Shown here in pieces: positions 10,118-20,069 of a DNA stretch of 64,000 nt. Under the pieces are notes generated by a model, which made no database searches, had not been told where the DNA came from, and was given only the letters and a program-made list of their open reading frames with translations. The DNA is taken from positions 288,001 through 352,000 of the forward strand of contig JAOPTT010000005.1 of NCBI GenBank assembly GCA_051531975.1, read 5' to 3'. The number at the start of each line of letters is the position of its first letter. Within the stretch, counting starts at the first letter, position 1. The position numbers and the translations under genes were made by a program. Origin of the DNA: Spirochaetaceae bacterium. GTDB taxonomy: Bacteria; Spirochaetota; Spirochaetia; DSM-2461.

Positions 10118-10597
10118 TTACTCTCCTCGTTTGTAATGGCCTGACTTTCCACCAATTTTCTCTAATAATTTTATATCGCTAATTAACATCTCTTTATCAA
10201 TTGCTTTGCACATGTCATAAATTGTAAGGGCCGCAACAGATACAGCAGTTAAGGCTTCCATTTCAACTCCAGTTTTTCCAACAGTTTTGACTATAGCTTC
10301 AATTTCTATAAAACACTCTTCTTGTTTAATATTAAAGTTCAGATCTACACCATGTAGATTCAGGTTATGACACATAGGAATCAGATCACTTGTTTTTTTT
10401 GCTCCCATAATTCCAGCAATTTGAGCTACAGAAATTACATCTCCCTTTTTCATATCCATTGTTTCTATTTTATTCATTGTATTTTTACTAACAAATATTT
10501 TTCCAACAGCAGTTGCAACTCTAAGTGTTTCATTTTTATCTGCTACATCAACCATATGGCCTTTGCCCTGGTTATTAAAATGTGTAAAGTCGTGCAT
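10118..10597 (-). CDS. moaC: Cyclic pyranopterin monophosphate synthase MoaC
   Basis: MVDV, LIPMCH, TGVEMEALT, YDMCKA and GGKSG motifs. Confidence 0.96.
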   Translation of the reverse strand: MHDFTHFNNQGKGHMVDVADKNETLRVATAVGKIFVSKNTMNKIETMDMKKGDVISVAQIAGIMGAKKTSDLIPMCHNLNLHGVDLNFNIKQEECFIEIEAIVKTVGKTGVEMEALTAVSVAALTIYDMCKAIDKEMLISDIKLLEKIGGKSGHYKRGE

Positions 10598-11560
10598 TTA
10601 TCCTCCAATCTTATTCATGTTTCTAGTTATAGGTTTATAATTTTCTTCTAAAATATTATGTTCCTTAGGTTTATTTAAAATACACTCACTAAAAAAGTTC
10701 TTTAACTTATTCTCATCTGATAAATAGGGGAATATATTATACTCTGTATCTGTGTGTAGACACGGCTTAATATTTCCATCAGATGTTAATCTAAGTCTAT
10801 TACAACTACTACAAAATTTCCCAGAAAGTGTATCAATCAGACCAATTGATATATCTAAATCTTTGTTATAATATTTTTTTACTCTTTTTGCTTTGGAATC
10901 TTTATCCTTAGATAGGGAAGTGTGGGATTCTAGTAATTTCTGACCATTTATAAAATTATCTTTTGCCCAACTACTTACTTCACCAATAGGCATTAACTCT
11001 ATTAAGCGCCAACTAATACTGTTCTTAGAAGCAAACAACATAAAATCATCTATTTCTGAATCGTTAAAACCACCTATAAGTACAGTATTAATCTTAATTA
11101 CAGGGAATTTATTTTTTAAGGCAGCTTTTATACCATCTAATACCTTGTTTAAGTCTCCACCTCGGGTCATTTCTCTATATTTATTTGCATCTAAACTATC
11201 TAAACTAATATTTAATCTACTTAAACCAGCTTCTTTTAGATCTTTGGCATATTTTGATAATAGAACTGCATTTGTAGTCATTCCAATATCTTCTATACCA
11301 TCTATCTTACTAATACCAGATATAAGCTTTATTATCCCTTTTTTTATTAGCGGTTCCCCACCAGTTATTCTAATTTTTTTAATACCAAGGGTTGCTGCTA
11401 CTTTAACAATTTCTATTATCTCTTCTAATCTTAATATCTGTTTATGTTCTAACTTATTTACACCATCTACCGGCATACAGTATTTACACCTCTGATTACA
11501 AAGGTCGGTAACTGAGATTCTTAGATAATCTATAACTCTTCCATGGTTATCTATATTCAT
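10598..11560 (-). CDS. moaA: GTP 3',8-cyclase MoaA
   Basis: YLRISVTDLCNQRCKYCM, C-terminal FCSSCNRLRLT...C and a terminal IGG. Confidence 0.96.
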   Translation of the reverse strand: MNIDNHGRVIDYLRISVTDLCNQRCKYCMPVDGVNKLEHKQILRLEEIIEIVKVAATLGIKKIRITGGEPLIKKGIIKLISGISKIDGIEDIGMTTNAVLLSKYAKDLKEAGLSRLNISLDSLDANKYREMTRGGDLNKVLDGIKAALKNKFPVIKINTVLIGGFNDSEIDDFMLFASKNSISWRLIELMPIGEVSSWAKDNFINGQKLLESHTSLSKDKDSKAKRVKKYYNKDLDISIGLIDTLSGKFCSSCNRLRLTSDGNIKPCLHTDTEYNIFPYLSDENKLKNFFSECILNKPKEHNILEENYKPITRNMNKIGG

Positions 11561-13440
11561 ATCTTAATTATACTTCCGGAATTTGTCGTATCGTAACCAC
11601 CAATGGATTTTAGTGTATCTTTAAAATAGTTAGATTTTAAAATATCTATTAGTTTCGTAATCAGAGGCGAGGTTAGTACACATTCTTCTAATAAAAAGTC
11701 GTAATCTTCATAGGTTATCTCTACAAATCCAAGTCCCATTGATTCTGCAGCAGCTTTAATACCTAAACCTACATCAGCTGTTCCAGATTGTACTGCTATT
11801 GCAACTGCCATGTGGGTAGGCATCATTCTCTCATAACCAATTATTTTTTCTGAGTCTATATTTTTTGATTTTAGATGAAAATCTAATAGTAGCCGGGTTC
11901 CAGCACCTCTTTGACGGTTTACATAACGTATATTATGTTTAATAAGATCAGAAAATGTTTTTATATTTTTAGGATTCCCCGGTTGTACAATAAATCCCTG
12001 AGATCTTTTTACACCTTTTATTAGAACCATTTTTTTCTCTTTAAAGTACTTTTTAACATAGGAAATATTATATTCCCCAGACTCTGAATCTAGTAGATGA
12101 ATTGGAGCTATGTGACACTCTTTTTGCCTTAGAGCCATAATTCCTCCAATACTTCCTACATGTGAGGAAGCTAAAGGCATTTTATCTCGTAATATATCCA
12201 TAACTATATCGTGACTACCAATACTAACTAGAGTATTTGTAATTTCTGACAGTGGTTTTAACAGTTCAACTTCTATATTTTCTCCAGCCTCTAAACCTTC
12301 TATATTTTTTGGAATGGTTATTATTCCATCAGCTTTAACTAGGCTCATTGTAGTTCCAGCACCACGACTTAAAGGAACAGCCACATATTTATTTCCTATA
12401 TAACCGATAGTAACTCTAAGCTTTTCTTGGTGTTTAAAAGATGAAACCACTCTTTTTGATAAAGTTACTTGAATTTTTTTTGATACATCGGTTTTTAGAC
12501 CACTATAACTTAGTAAAAGAGGTTTTACGAAATTTTCATATGATATGTAAGCTGAAACTGGATATCCAGGGATTCCTATAATCGGTTTATTGTTTATTAT
12601 TCCTAAAATAGTAGGTTTCCCAGGTTTTATTGCGATACCATGAATTATAACTTCACCTAACTCTTTTATTAGTGTTGCTGTGAAATCCTTGGTTCCAGCA
12701 GAGGACCCAGCATTAACGATCATTATATCATTTTCATCTACACCCTTTATTATTGCCTCTTTTAAGCTATCAAAATTATCCTCTGTTGGTCTGTATCTGT
12801 TAGGGTTTCCTCCATTTTCAGTTATTAACCCTTGGAACATTGCAGAGTTAGAATCTATTATTTTTCCCACAGCAATGTCATCTTGATTATTTATTATCTC
12901 GGTTCCTGTTGGTAGAATACCTACTGATATTTGTCTAAATACCTCTACTTCCTTAACTCCACCAGAAAGAAGTGCACCTAAATCTATACCTCTTATTTTA
13001 TGGTTAGATGGTAAAATCATCTCGTTTGCAACAATATCTTCACCAATTGGTCTGATATGTTGCCAGGGGTGGGCAGCTGTAATTATACTTATTTCTCCAT
13101 CTTCTAAACTTGTTACATCTTCAATCATTATAACAGCATCGTAGGGTTGGTTTATTACATTTCCTGTATTTACATATATAAAGTCTATAGTCTCTTTTAA
13201 TTTAACTGGGTTAATTTCAGAGGCACCATTTGTTCTTTTACATATAACAGCAATTCCATCCATAGCACTCGCATTATAATAGGGTGATGAAAAGTTTGCA
13301 TATATAGGGCCTCTTGTAACCCTTCCTAAGGCACTGTTTACAGAGATATATTCAAACCTCGGTTTATAATTTAATGCTAAGTTATAAGTCTTTTTTGCAA
13401 CATCTAAATCTATGTTGTCAATATATATATTTCTATCCAA
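11557..13440 (-). CDS. moeA: MoeA fused to a C-terminal periplasmic-binding-protein-like (PBP) domain
   Basis: SAMDGIAV and IKPGKPT MoeA motifs, followed by GSHD...YVNRQRGAGTR of the PBP domain. Confidence 0.9.
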   Translation of the reverse strand: MDRNIYIDNIDLDVAKKTYNLALNYKPRFEYISVNSALGRVTRGPIYANFSSPYYNASAMDGIAVICKRTNGASEINPVKLKETIDFIYVNTGNVINQPYDAVIMIEDVTSLEDGEISIITAAHPWQHIRPIGEDIVANEMILPSNHKIRGIDLGALLSGGVKEVEVFRQISVGILPTGTEIINNQDDIAVGKIIDSNSAMFQGLITENGGNPNRYRPTEDNFDSLKEAIIKGVDENDIMIVNAGSSAGTKDFTATLIKELGEVIIHGIAIKPGKPTILGIINNKPIIGIPGYPVSAYISYENFVKPLLLSYSGLKTDVSKKIQVTLSKRVVSSFKHQEKLRVTIGYIGNKYVAVPLSRGAGTTMSLVKADGIITIPKNIEGLEAGENIEVELLKPLSEITNTLVSIGSHDIVMDILRDKMPLASSHVGSIGGIMALRQKECHIAPIHLLDSESGEYNISYVKKYFKEKKMVLIKGVKRSQGFIVQPGNPKNIKTFSDLIKHNIRYVNRQRGAGTRLLLDFHLKSKNIDSEKIIGYERMMPTHMAVAIAVQSGTADVGLGIKAAAESMGLGFVEITYEDYDFLLEECVLTSPLITKLIDILKSNYFKDTLKSIGGYDTTNSGSIIKI

Positions 13441-14662
13441 GGAAGTACCCCTTAACTATCTCTCCTGAGTTTAGCCCCTCTTTAAAGTCGTCTATAATGA
13501 TATAACCAGTTGCACTAGCAAGTAGGGATATCATTCCAGATTTTCCATATTTTGGTACTACTTTGTACCCAGTTTCATCCTCTTTTAGTGTTATTAACTG
13601 ATAAGTTGTTTTTCCTGGTGATGAATGAATATTTTGTGTCAAAGTACCAATAAAATCTATTTTTTTATCTGGTTGATGTAGAAGTCTTCTCATATAGATA
13701 TCAATAAAAGCTTTATATACTATAATTGATGAAACAGGATGGCCAGGTAGACCTATTATTAACTTACCTTTTCCTTTTCCAATAATAGTTGGTTTTCCAG
13801 GTTTTATGGAAATTCCTTGAACATCAATTTTACTATTTTCTAAGCTGTTTATTACATCATAAGTATAATCTCTTGTTCCAACTGAACTACCTCCTGAAAG
13901 TAAAACTATGTCTGAGTCATCTGCTGCTCTATTTACAGCATTAAAAAGGGAATCATAATCATCTGGAATTATCTGTTTATTTATTACTAAACCGCCACTT
14001 TCTGTAACTAAATTTTCTAATACATAACTATTTATATCGTATATCTGACCAAGACTAATGACCTGGTCTATATCAATAATTTCATCCCCTGTTGAAAATA
14101 TTGAAACCGTAATTTTTTTAAATACAGATACTTCAGTTATACCTAGAGCTGAAAGTACTCCAATATCCAGGGCTGTAATCTTTTTAAATTTAGGTAGGGC
14201 TGTTGTATTGTTTTTTATATCATCACCTTTGTAGATTATATTATCTCCAATAGCAATCGATTTTTTTAAGCAGACAGTGTTATCATCAAGTAGTTCTGTA
14301 TCCTCTATCATTATTACACCATCTGCAGAATCTGGCAGCATACCCCCAGTTGGTATATACATCGTTTCAGATTTTTTTATATCATAATTAACTTCTTTAC
14401 CCATCTCTATTGTTCCAACTAGGTCAATAATCCCTGGGATCGAATCTGTGGCCCCATGACTTTCTGAACTGACTATTGCATAACCATCTACTGTAGATCG
14501 ATTAAATGATGGAACATCTGCACCCGACAGTACGCTTTCTGATAGTATTCTGCCTAAAGTAAATTTTGTAGCTATTTTTTCAGAACCTAAAGAGTATTCT
14601 ACAGCTAAGTTACTTAATATATCTAAAACTTCAGTTTGACTTTTAACGTTAAAAAACTTCAT
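13433..14662 (-). CDS. moeA: Molybdopterin molybdo/tungstotransferase MoeA
   Basis: RSTVDGYA, STGDE, SGGSSVG, KPGKPT and GLPGHP motifs. Confidence 0.93.
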   Translation of the reverse strand: MKFFNVKSQTEVLDILSNLAVEYSLGSEKIATKFTLGRILSESVLSGADVPSFNRSTVDGYAIVSSESHGATDSIPGIIDLVGTIEMGKEVNYDIKKSETMYIPTGGMLPDSADGVIMIEDTELLDDNTVCLKKSIAIGDNIIYKGDDIKNNTTALPKFKKITALDIGVLSALGITEVSVFKKITVSIFSTGDEIIDIDQVISLGQIYDINSYVLENLVTESGGLVINKQIIPDDYDSLFNAVNRAADDSDIVLLSGGSSVGTRDYTYDVINSLENSKIDVQGISIKPGKPTIIGKGKGKLIIGLPGHPVSSIIVYKAFIDIYMRRLLHQPDKKIDFIGTLTQNIHSSPGKTTYQLITLKEDETGYKVVPKYGKSGMISLLASATGYIIIDDFKEGLNSGEIVKGYFLG

Positions 14663-14682
14663 GTTTACCCCTTATACCAACA

Positions 14683-15288
14683 TTATAGATATACTATTTT
14701 ATCTGTTAGTAATTTTGCTTGTTTTAAGTCGTGGGTGACAAAAACTACTGTTTTACCACCTTGTGCATACTCAATAATTGTTTTTTCTATCACTTTTTTA
14801 GATTCATAATCTATGTTTGATGTTGATTCATCTAGCATTAATAATTCTGGTTCAAAAACTAAAGCTCTAGCGAGGGCGCATTTTTGACTCTCACCACTAG
14901 ATAGTTTTGTACCTTTTTTATCAGATAAATTAGTTATTTCAAGCTTGGACATAATTGAATTAACTTTATTAATAATATCACTACCCTGGAAACCTCTTAC
15001 TTTTAGTGGATAGGCTATATTTTCATATACAGATCTATTAAGAATATAAGGTTTCTGTGTTACTAGTGTTATTTTATTCGCTATGTTTTTTGAATACATT
15101 TTATGGTTATAAGTTATGCATCCACTTTGGTAATCTAAGTGGCCAGAGAGAATATCTAATAGTGTTGTTTTTCCACAACCATTAGGGCCTAAAATACATG
15201 TTAAGCCAGTATTTAGCGTTAATTTATCTAAGTCTAAGACTTTTTGTTTACCATACATTTTAATAAGACCAGATATACTAATATTCAT
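14683..15288 (-). CDS. tupC: Tungstate ABC transporter ATPase
   Basis: Walker A GPNGCGKT, LSSGE signature, and its position after tupAB. Confidence 0.8.
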   Translation of the reverse strand: MNISISGLIKMYGKQKVLDLDKLTLNTGLTCILGPNGCGKTTLLDILSGHLDYQSGCITYNHKMYSKNIANKITLVTQKPYILNRSVYENIAYPLKVRGFQGSDIINKVNSIMSKLEITNLSDKKGTKLSSGESQKCALARALVFEPELLMLDESTSNIDYESKKVIEKTIIEYAQGGKTVVFVTHDLKQAKLLTDKIVYL

Positions 15289-15964
15289 ATTGGCTCCTTA
15301 ATATAATGTTTATAACCAAAGAAATTATTAAAAGTATCAGACCTAATGCAATTGCGATTTCATAATCACCCATAGAATTAAACATGACAATAGAAGTGGT
15401 TATTACTCTTGTATGTCCCTTTATATTTCCACCAACGATCATAACTGCTCCAACTTCAGATATCGCCCTAGAAAATGAAGTTAATATAGCCATCATTATT
15501 TCTACCTTAAGTTCTTTAGCTACTAAAATAATCAAATGTAGTTTTCTAGCACCTAATAAGCGGCCTGTATTTTCTATTACTTTCCCACGTTTTTTTACAA
15601 TCGTGAAGATTAAACCAGTCATAAGTGGACTAACTAATACATATTGGGCAATCACCATTGCTGTTGGAGTATACATTAATTCTAACCAACCTAATGGTCC
15701 TCGCCTTGATAGAAGTAGTGCTACTAATAGACCAACTAAAACAGATGGTATACTCATAAAAGTATAAAGAAGTCGGGTATATATTTTTTTTAATTTGAAA
15801 TCTTTAAGTCCAAGATATATTGCTGTAGGTATTGTTGTTATAGCTGACAATAGGGTAGCTGAAACAGAGATAATAATAGATAGAGCTATAATTTTATATA
15901 ACTCTAAGTCTAAAGATAATATTAATTTAAAGGCTTTTGAAATGCCATTTATTATATAATCCAA
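15278..15964 (-). CDS. tupB: Tungstate ABC transporter permease
   Basis: LLSRRGPLG and RAISEVGAVMIVGGNIKGHTRVITT are typical of TupB. Confidence 0.9.
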   Translation of the reverse strand: MDYIINGISKAFKLILSLDLELYKIIALSIIISVSATLLSAITTIPTAIYLGLKDFKLKKIYTRLLYTFMSIPSVLVGLLVALLLSRRGPLGWLELMYTPTAMVIAQYVLVSPLMTGLIFTIVKKRGKVIENTGRLLGARKLHLIILVAKELKVEIMMAILTSFSRAISEVGAVMIVGGNIKGHTRVITTSIVMFNSMGDYEIAIALGLILLIISLVINIILRSQYEY

Positions 15965-15988
15965 TCTGATATAGTCCTATATTAAGTT

Positions 15989-16810
15989 TTACTTTGCATT
16001 TGGAATAAATAGAGGAATTCCAAACTTTTTAACACCATATGTTCCAATAGTTGCCTGAGTTTCATCTGATAATAACCATGTAACAAATAATTCAGCTCCA
16101 TTTTTATTAATTAATTTATTTAGTTTTGGATTAACTGGAATAACACCGTATTGGTTAAATAGTTGATCATCCTTTTCTAATAAAATGTATAATTCTAACT
16201 TATCCATCATATTCAGATATGTTGCTCTATCAGTCATGGTGTAAGCTTCCATCTCGTTAGCCATTATTAGAACATCACCCATTCCTTTTCCAGCAGAAAT
16301 ATAAGTTTTACCCTTTGGTGTTATTTTTGCTTTTTTCCATAAAGATATCTCTTTTTTATTAGTACCAGAGTCATCACCTCTAGATACAAATTTAGATTTA
16401 GAATTGTATATTGATTTAAGACCAAGAATTACATTGTTTGCCGCAATTTTATTTATTTTAGATGGATCGGATTTTGGACCAACAATAACAAAGTCATTAT
16501 ACATAACATCGTATCTTTTAGTTCCATAACCATCTTTTACAAATTTAACTTCTGAAGCTTTTGCATGTACTAAAAGAACATCAACTTCTGCATCTTTACC
16601 CATTTGTAAAGCTTTACCAGTTCCAACAGCTATTACTTTTACTCCAATCCCAGTTTTTTTTGAAAAATCATCTAAAATGTAGTCTAATAATCCACTATCC
16701 CTAGTACTTGTTGTTGTTGCGAGTAGTAGTGTTTTCTTTTTTTCAGCAAACATACTAACAGATAACATTAATAATGTAATAATTAATATTTTTGGTAATA
16801 AATTGTGCAC
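15989..16810 (-). CDS. tupA: Tungstate-binding protein
   Basis: TTTS motif (LATTTSTRDSGLL), VGTGKAL, VHA and SRGDDSGT. GTG at 16810 follows SD GGAGAG; the ORF track starts at 16840. Confidence 0.92.
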   Translation of the reverse strand: MHNLLPKILIITLLMLSVSMFAEKKKTLLLATTTSTRDSGLLDYILDDFSKKTGIGVKVIAVGTGKALQMGKDAEVDVLLVHAKASEVKFVKDGYGTKRYDVMYNDFVIVGPKSDPSKINKIAANNVILGLKSIYNSKSKFVSRGDDSGTNKKEISLWKKAKITPKGKTYISAGKGMGDVLIMANEMEAYTMTDRATYLNMMDKLELYILLEKDDQLFNQYGVIPVNPKLNKLINKNGAELFVTWLLSDETQATIGTYGVKKFGIPLFIPNAK

Positions 16811-16876
16811 AGCTCTCTCCACTAAAATATAGGTATTCACCGTGTTTGATAGTTATGTTTATAAGACTATAAACAT

Positions 16877-16905
16877 AAAAAAAGCTCTTCCTTTAAGGGG
16901 AGAGC
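16877..16905 (-). terminator. Intrinsic terminator in the tup operon leader (riboswitch expression platform)
   Basis: GCUCUCCCCUUAAAGGAAGAGC followed by U7. Confidence 0.85.
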
Positions 16906-16965
16906 ACACTTCACTAATTAATTGTTATAATTAATTAGAAAACCCCTAGAGTAATAGGGTAAAGC

Positions 16966-17063
16966 GACCTTCTTTCCAAACACGGGAGGCACAACCATTT
17001 CTAGTTTTACCCATCGGTTAAAATAACATAGCTTAAACCTTAGTTATTAAAACTCGAAGAATC
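16966..17063 (-). promoter_or_regulatory. Moco RNA motif riboswitch, P3-less (tungsten cofactor, Tuco) variant
   Basis: Minus strand GAUUCUUCGAG...CUAAG...CUAUG...GGGU...AGAAAU...GCCUCCCGUGUUUGGAAAGAAGGUC matches the Moco motif and lies upstream of tupABC/moa/moe. Confidence 0.85.
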
Positions 17064-17106
17064 TATATTAAATATTTTAATAATAAATCATTGTTTATTG
17101 TTGACA

Positions 17107-17135
17107 ATTTTAACATGAGTTTAACTTTTGTACAA
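17107..17135 (-). promoter_or_regulatory. sigma70 promoter of the tup/moa operon
   Basis: TTGTAC-17-TAAAAT with an extended TG. Confidence 0.6.
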
Positions 17136-17257
17136 GGATTATTATTTAAAAAGATCTTAATAGGGCAGACACAACTTTCTGTTAGAATTATTTTGTTTGA
17201 TGATGTTATGAAATCTTCTAGGTACTTCGATCATTAATTCCTAGGAGGGAAGAGGGT

Positions 17258-17334
17258 AAAAAAAAAGGACCATGCAACGTAACACGAGCAACTGGTCCTT
17301 CAGAGTAAAATATGAAAAAGTTTATTTAAAAACT
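17258..17334 (-). ncRNA. Candidate sRNA A (anti-RBS core + terminator)
   Basis: Promoter TTGTCA-17-TATATT (17341-17369), core AAACUUUUUCAUAUUUUACUCU, then a GGACCA...UGGUCC stem and U9. Confidence 0.5.
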
Positions 17335-17410
17335 GTAATGAATATAATGCTAAAACTAAAACATGACAACCCTTAAAGTACGTTTTATGTTTATTTTACC
17401 ATAATTATTG

Positions 17411-17950
17411 TTATTTTTCGTTTGATACAACTCCAATATAGGGTAAATTACGATATTTTTGTGCATAATCTAAACCCATTCCTCCAACAAAATGGTCCTC
17501 AATATCAAAACCATTATAATCTATAGTAACTACTTTTGTCCTGCGGGATGGTTTATTTAATAGTGTACAAATTTTCATAGACTTTGGATTCCTAGTTGCT
17601 AATATACTCTCTATTTTAGTTAGCGTTATTCCTGTATCTATAATATCTTCTACAATTAGTACATCTCTACCTGAAATATGAGTCTCAATATCTTTTATTA
17701 TTGTAACTTCAGTATTTTCCATAGAGTCTCCGTAGCTAGAAGCTATCATGAAATCAACTTGAAGAGGGGTTAACATCTCTTTAACTAAATCTGACATAAA
17801 TATAAAAGACCCCTTTAACAGTCCAATTACAATTAATGGTTCAGTAATATTTTTATAGTTTTCATCAATTACTGATGCAAGCTCTTTAATTCTATTTTGA
17901 ATAGTATCTTTATCAATTAATATACTTTCAATTCCTTGGGGTAATTTCAT
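17411..17950 (-). CDS. hpt: Hypoxanthine phosphoribosyltransferase
   Basis: LLKGSFIFMSDL, SSYG, VEDIIDTG and GLDY..YRNLPYI motifs. Confidence 0.95.
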   Translation of the reverse strand: MKLPQGIESILIDKDTIQNRIKELASVIDENYKNITEPLIVIGLLKGSFIFMSDLVKEMLTPLQVDFMIASSYGDSMENTEVTIIKDIETHISGRDVLIVEDIIDTGITLTKIESILATRNPKSMKICTLLNKPSRRTKVVTIDYNGFDIEDHFVGGMGLDYAQKYRNLPYIGVVSNEK

Positions 17951-18056
17951 CTATTAGCTCCTTTTACTATATTTATTATATATCAAAAAATAAAAAGTAA
18001 CAGCTTCACATGTAAATGTGTTTAATAATTAGATATGAAATTATCTGGAGGACATA

Positions 18057-18581
18057 ATGAAAAAACAAATAATAATTCTTATTTTAGTAGCACTTATCTT
18101 TTGTGGTAATATTTCGGCTCACTCAAATCATAACTATAACGCTTTGTCAGTTCAAAGTAGCTATATTCTTCCAATTGAAGAATCGGATTTTAGTTCAAGT
18201 TTAGTTCTTGGTTTAGGTTATGAGTTTTGGGGTATTTTTGAATTTGTTGGAAATGCCTATTTAGAGATTGATAGTAGTGAAGATGGATTTTTCGAAAGCT
18301 TTCAAACTCCAAACGTAGTCTCAACAGGAATAGGAGTTAATATTCCACTTGGTGGATTTTATGCTAAAGGTGATTACCAGAGATTCTTTTCGTTTGATTC
18401 AGAATCATCAGAACTGATGTTATCTAATTATACTGATTCATATAAATATGGAATTGGTATGAATATAGGTAATGATGTTGAGATCGAATTTTATCAGAGA
18501 GTTCTTTTTAACGGTGAAACTTACTCTGATGATGAAGACTACCAGAGTTTTCTAGGGTTAGGAATTAAGTTCTACTTATAG
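18057..18581 (+). CDS. Hypothetical exported protein, probable small outer-membrane beta-barrel
   Basis: Signal peptide, alternating beta-strand pattern, C-terminal FLGLGIKFYL. Confidence 0.6.
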   Translation: MKKQIIILILVALIFCGNISAHSNHNYNALSVQSSYILPIEESDFSSSLVLGLGYEFWGIFEFVGNAYLEIDSSEDGFFESFQTPNVVSTGIGVNIPLGGFYAKGDYQRFFSFDSESSELMLSNYTDSYKYGIGMNIGNDVEIEFYQRVLFNGETYSDDEDYQSFLGLGIKFYL

Positions 18582-19547
18582 AAAGTTTTTGAATCGTGTT
18601 ATTAGTTCTGCTTTAACACTTTTCAATTCACCAGCTGTTGCAAATCCTGAGGCTCTTTGGTGGCCACCACCACCAAAAGTCTCAGCTAACTTTCTAACAT
18701 CAACATCTTGAATACTTCTTAAACCAACTGTACATTTACCTGGGGATTCTTGTCTTACAACAGCAATAGCTTCTACACCACTAATACTTAACATTGCCTG
18801 ATAAAGTGTATCAGAATCTCTATCTTCTGCCTTTAACTCTTCTCGATCAGCAATATCTTCCCAGGAGACTAACAGTTTACCATTATAGTGTTCTTCACAC
18901 CTTTCTAAGATTCTACCTAGAAGTCTCCTTGAAGAGAGAGTTTTTCCCCCAGTGATTACTTTAAATGTATTTTTAGGTGATGCACCATATCTAACCATAT
19001 TGGCAGCTTTTTCTATATATAGTTCTGAACCTTTATCTAAGTGTCTAAAAAAACCTGTATCAGTACAGAAACCAAGAAATAACATTTCAGACTCATATGG
19101 TGTAGGAGCCTCATTAAATGACATTATTAAATCTTGGATCATTAGAGTTGTTGATGGGTAACTTGGGTCAACCCAGGGAAAGGAACCAAAGTCTGATTCT
19201 GTTGCATGATGATCAATAATCATCACAGGTAACTCTGTAATTTCATTTTCTAAAAAGCCAACTCTATCTGGGCTGTTACAATCTACAATTATAACAATTG
19301 CATCTTTTTTATCTTCTTCAGTGAGTGAAGTCGTTTTAAATTTATCTGCTAGGTGTAGTGTTTCAATTCTAGTAAAAGGTCCTGCAGTATATAAAGATGT
19401 CTCTTTACCCATTCTAGATAAAAATGATTCTAAAGCTAATGCAGAAGTTAGAGTATCAGCATCTGGCTGCTTATGAGCCATTACGATAAATCTTTTATTA
19501 GAGTTTATATTTTTAGTAATTATTTCCGGTATCATCATTTTGCTCAT
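18576..19547 (-). CDS. nrnA: DHH/DHHA1 oligoribonuclease/PAP phosphatase (NrnA-like)
   Basis: HKQPDAD, IVDC, IDHH, TDTG and GGGGH motifs. Confidence 0.85.
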   Translation of the reverse strand: MSKMMIPEIITKNINSNKRFIVMAHKQPDADTLTSALALESFLSRMGKETSLYTAGPFTRIETLHLADKFKTTSLTEEDKKDAIVIIVDCNSPDRVGFLENEITELPVMIIDHHATESDFGSFPWVDPSYPSTTLMIQDLIMSFNEAPTPYESEMLFLGFCTDTGFFRHLDKGSELYIEKAANMVRYGASPKNTFKVITGGKTLSSRRLLGRILERCEEHYNGKLLVSWEDIADREELKAEDRDSDTLYQAMLSISGVEAIAVVRQESPGKCTVGLRSIQDVDVRKLAETFGGGGHQRASGFATAGELKSVKAELITRFKNFL

Positions 19548-19560
19548 ATTACATCCTTAT

Positions 19561-19591
19561 AAAAAAAGGCAGACTTTAAGTCTACCTTTTT
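19561..19591. terminator. Intrinsic terminator
   Basis: A7-GGCAGACTTTAAGTCTACC-T5 hairpin. Confidence 0.7.
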
Positions 19592-19610
19592 ATTATATAT
19601 TGATTAGTTA

Positions 19611-20015
19611 TTAAAAATCAAATTTTAAGTCAGGATTTTTAAAATTTTCATCATGGGCTGTAGGGTTCTGAAATACTCCCCATGTTATATCATTAAAATC
19701 ACTTTTTAAATATAACTTTACATGAGAGAATTCACCATTGTTCCAAAAAACAGTCATATATGGATATGCTTTATCGTATCCTTTAAATATTTTTGATCTA
19801 TCTACATCTTTAGTAAAGAGTTCATTTGGTAAATAAATTTCTCTATATTCAAGATTATTAGCCATATAAATTACTTTATAACCTAATTGGTGTGGATAGA
19901 TTCTAGTTATAACTACATGTTTAGTATAATAAGGGGATTTTGTTGCCGATGTAAGCATAAGAGTTGTTAATAGTAGTATTAAAATTGTTAAAGCTCGTTT
20001 ATATTGTCTGTTCAT
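19611..20015 (-). CDS. Hypothetical exported protein
   Basis: ATG at 20015 with SD GGAGG and a signal peptide; no recognisable motif. Confidence 0.65.
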   Translation of the reverse strand: MNRQYKRALTILILLLTTLMLTSATKSPYYTKHVVITRIYPHQLGYKVIYMANNLEYREIYLPNELFTKDVDRSKIFKGYDKAYPYMTVFWNNGEFSHVKLYLKSDFNDITWGVFQNPTAHDENFKNPDLKFDF

Positions 20016-20069
20016 TAAAATGCTCCTCCCTTGAATGATATAATTATTTTGCAAATAGTCAAGAAATAA

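Noticed and set aside
17160..17257. Unexplained spacer with CTAGG...CCTAG and a purine-rich GGAGGGAAGAGGG tract
   Set aside because: No ORF, promoter-terminator pair or recognisable RNA motif supports a call.
17312..17329. Plus-strand mini-ORF MKKFI
   Set aside because: The promoter and terminator both point the other way; better explained as the complement of sRNA A, though not excluded.
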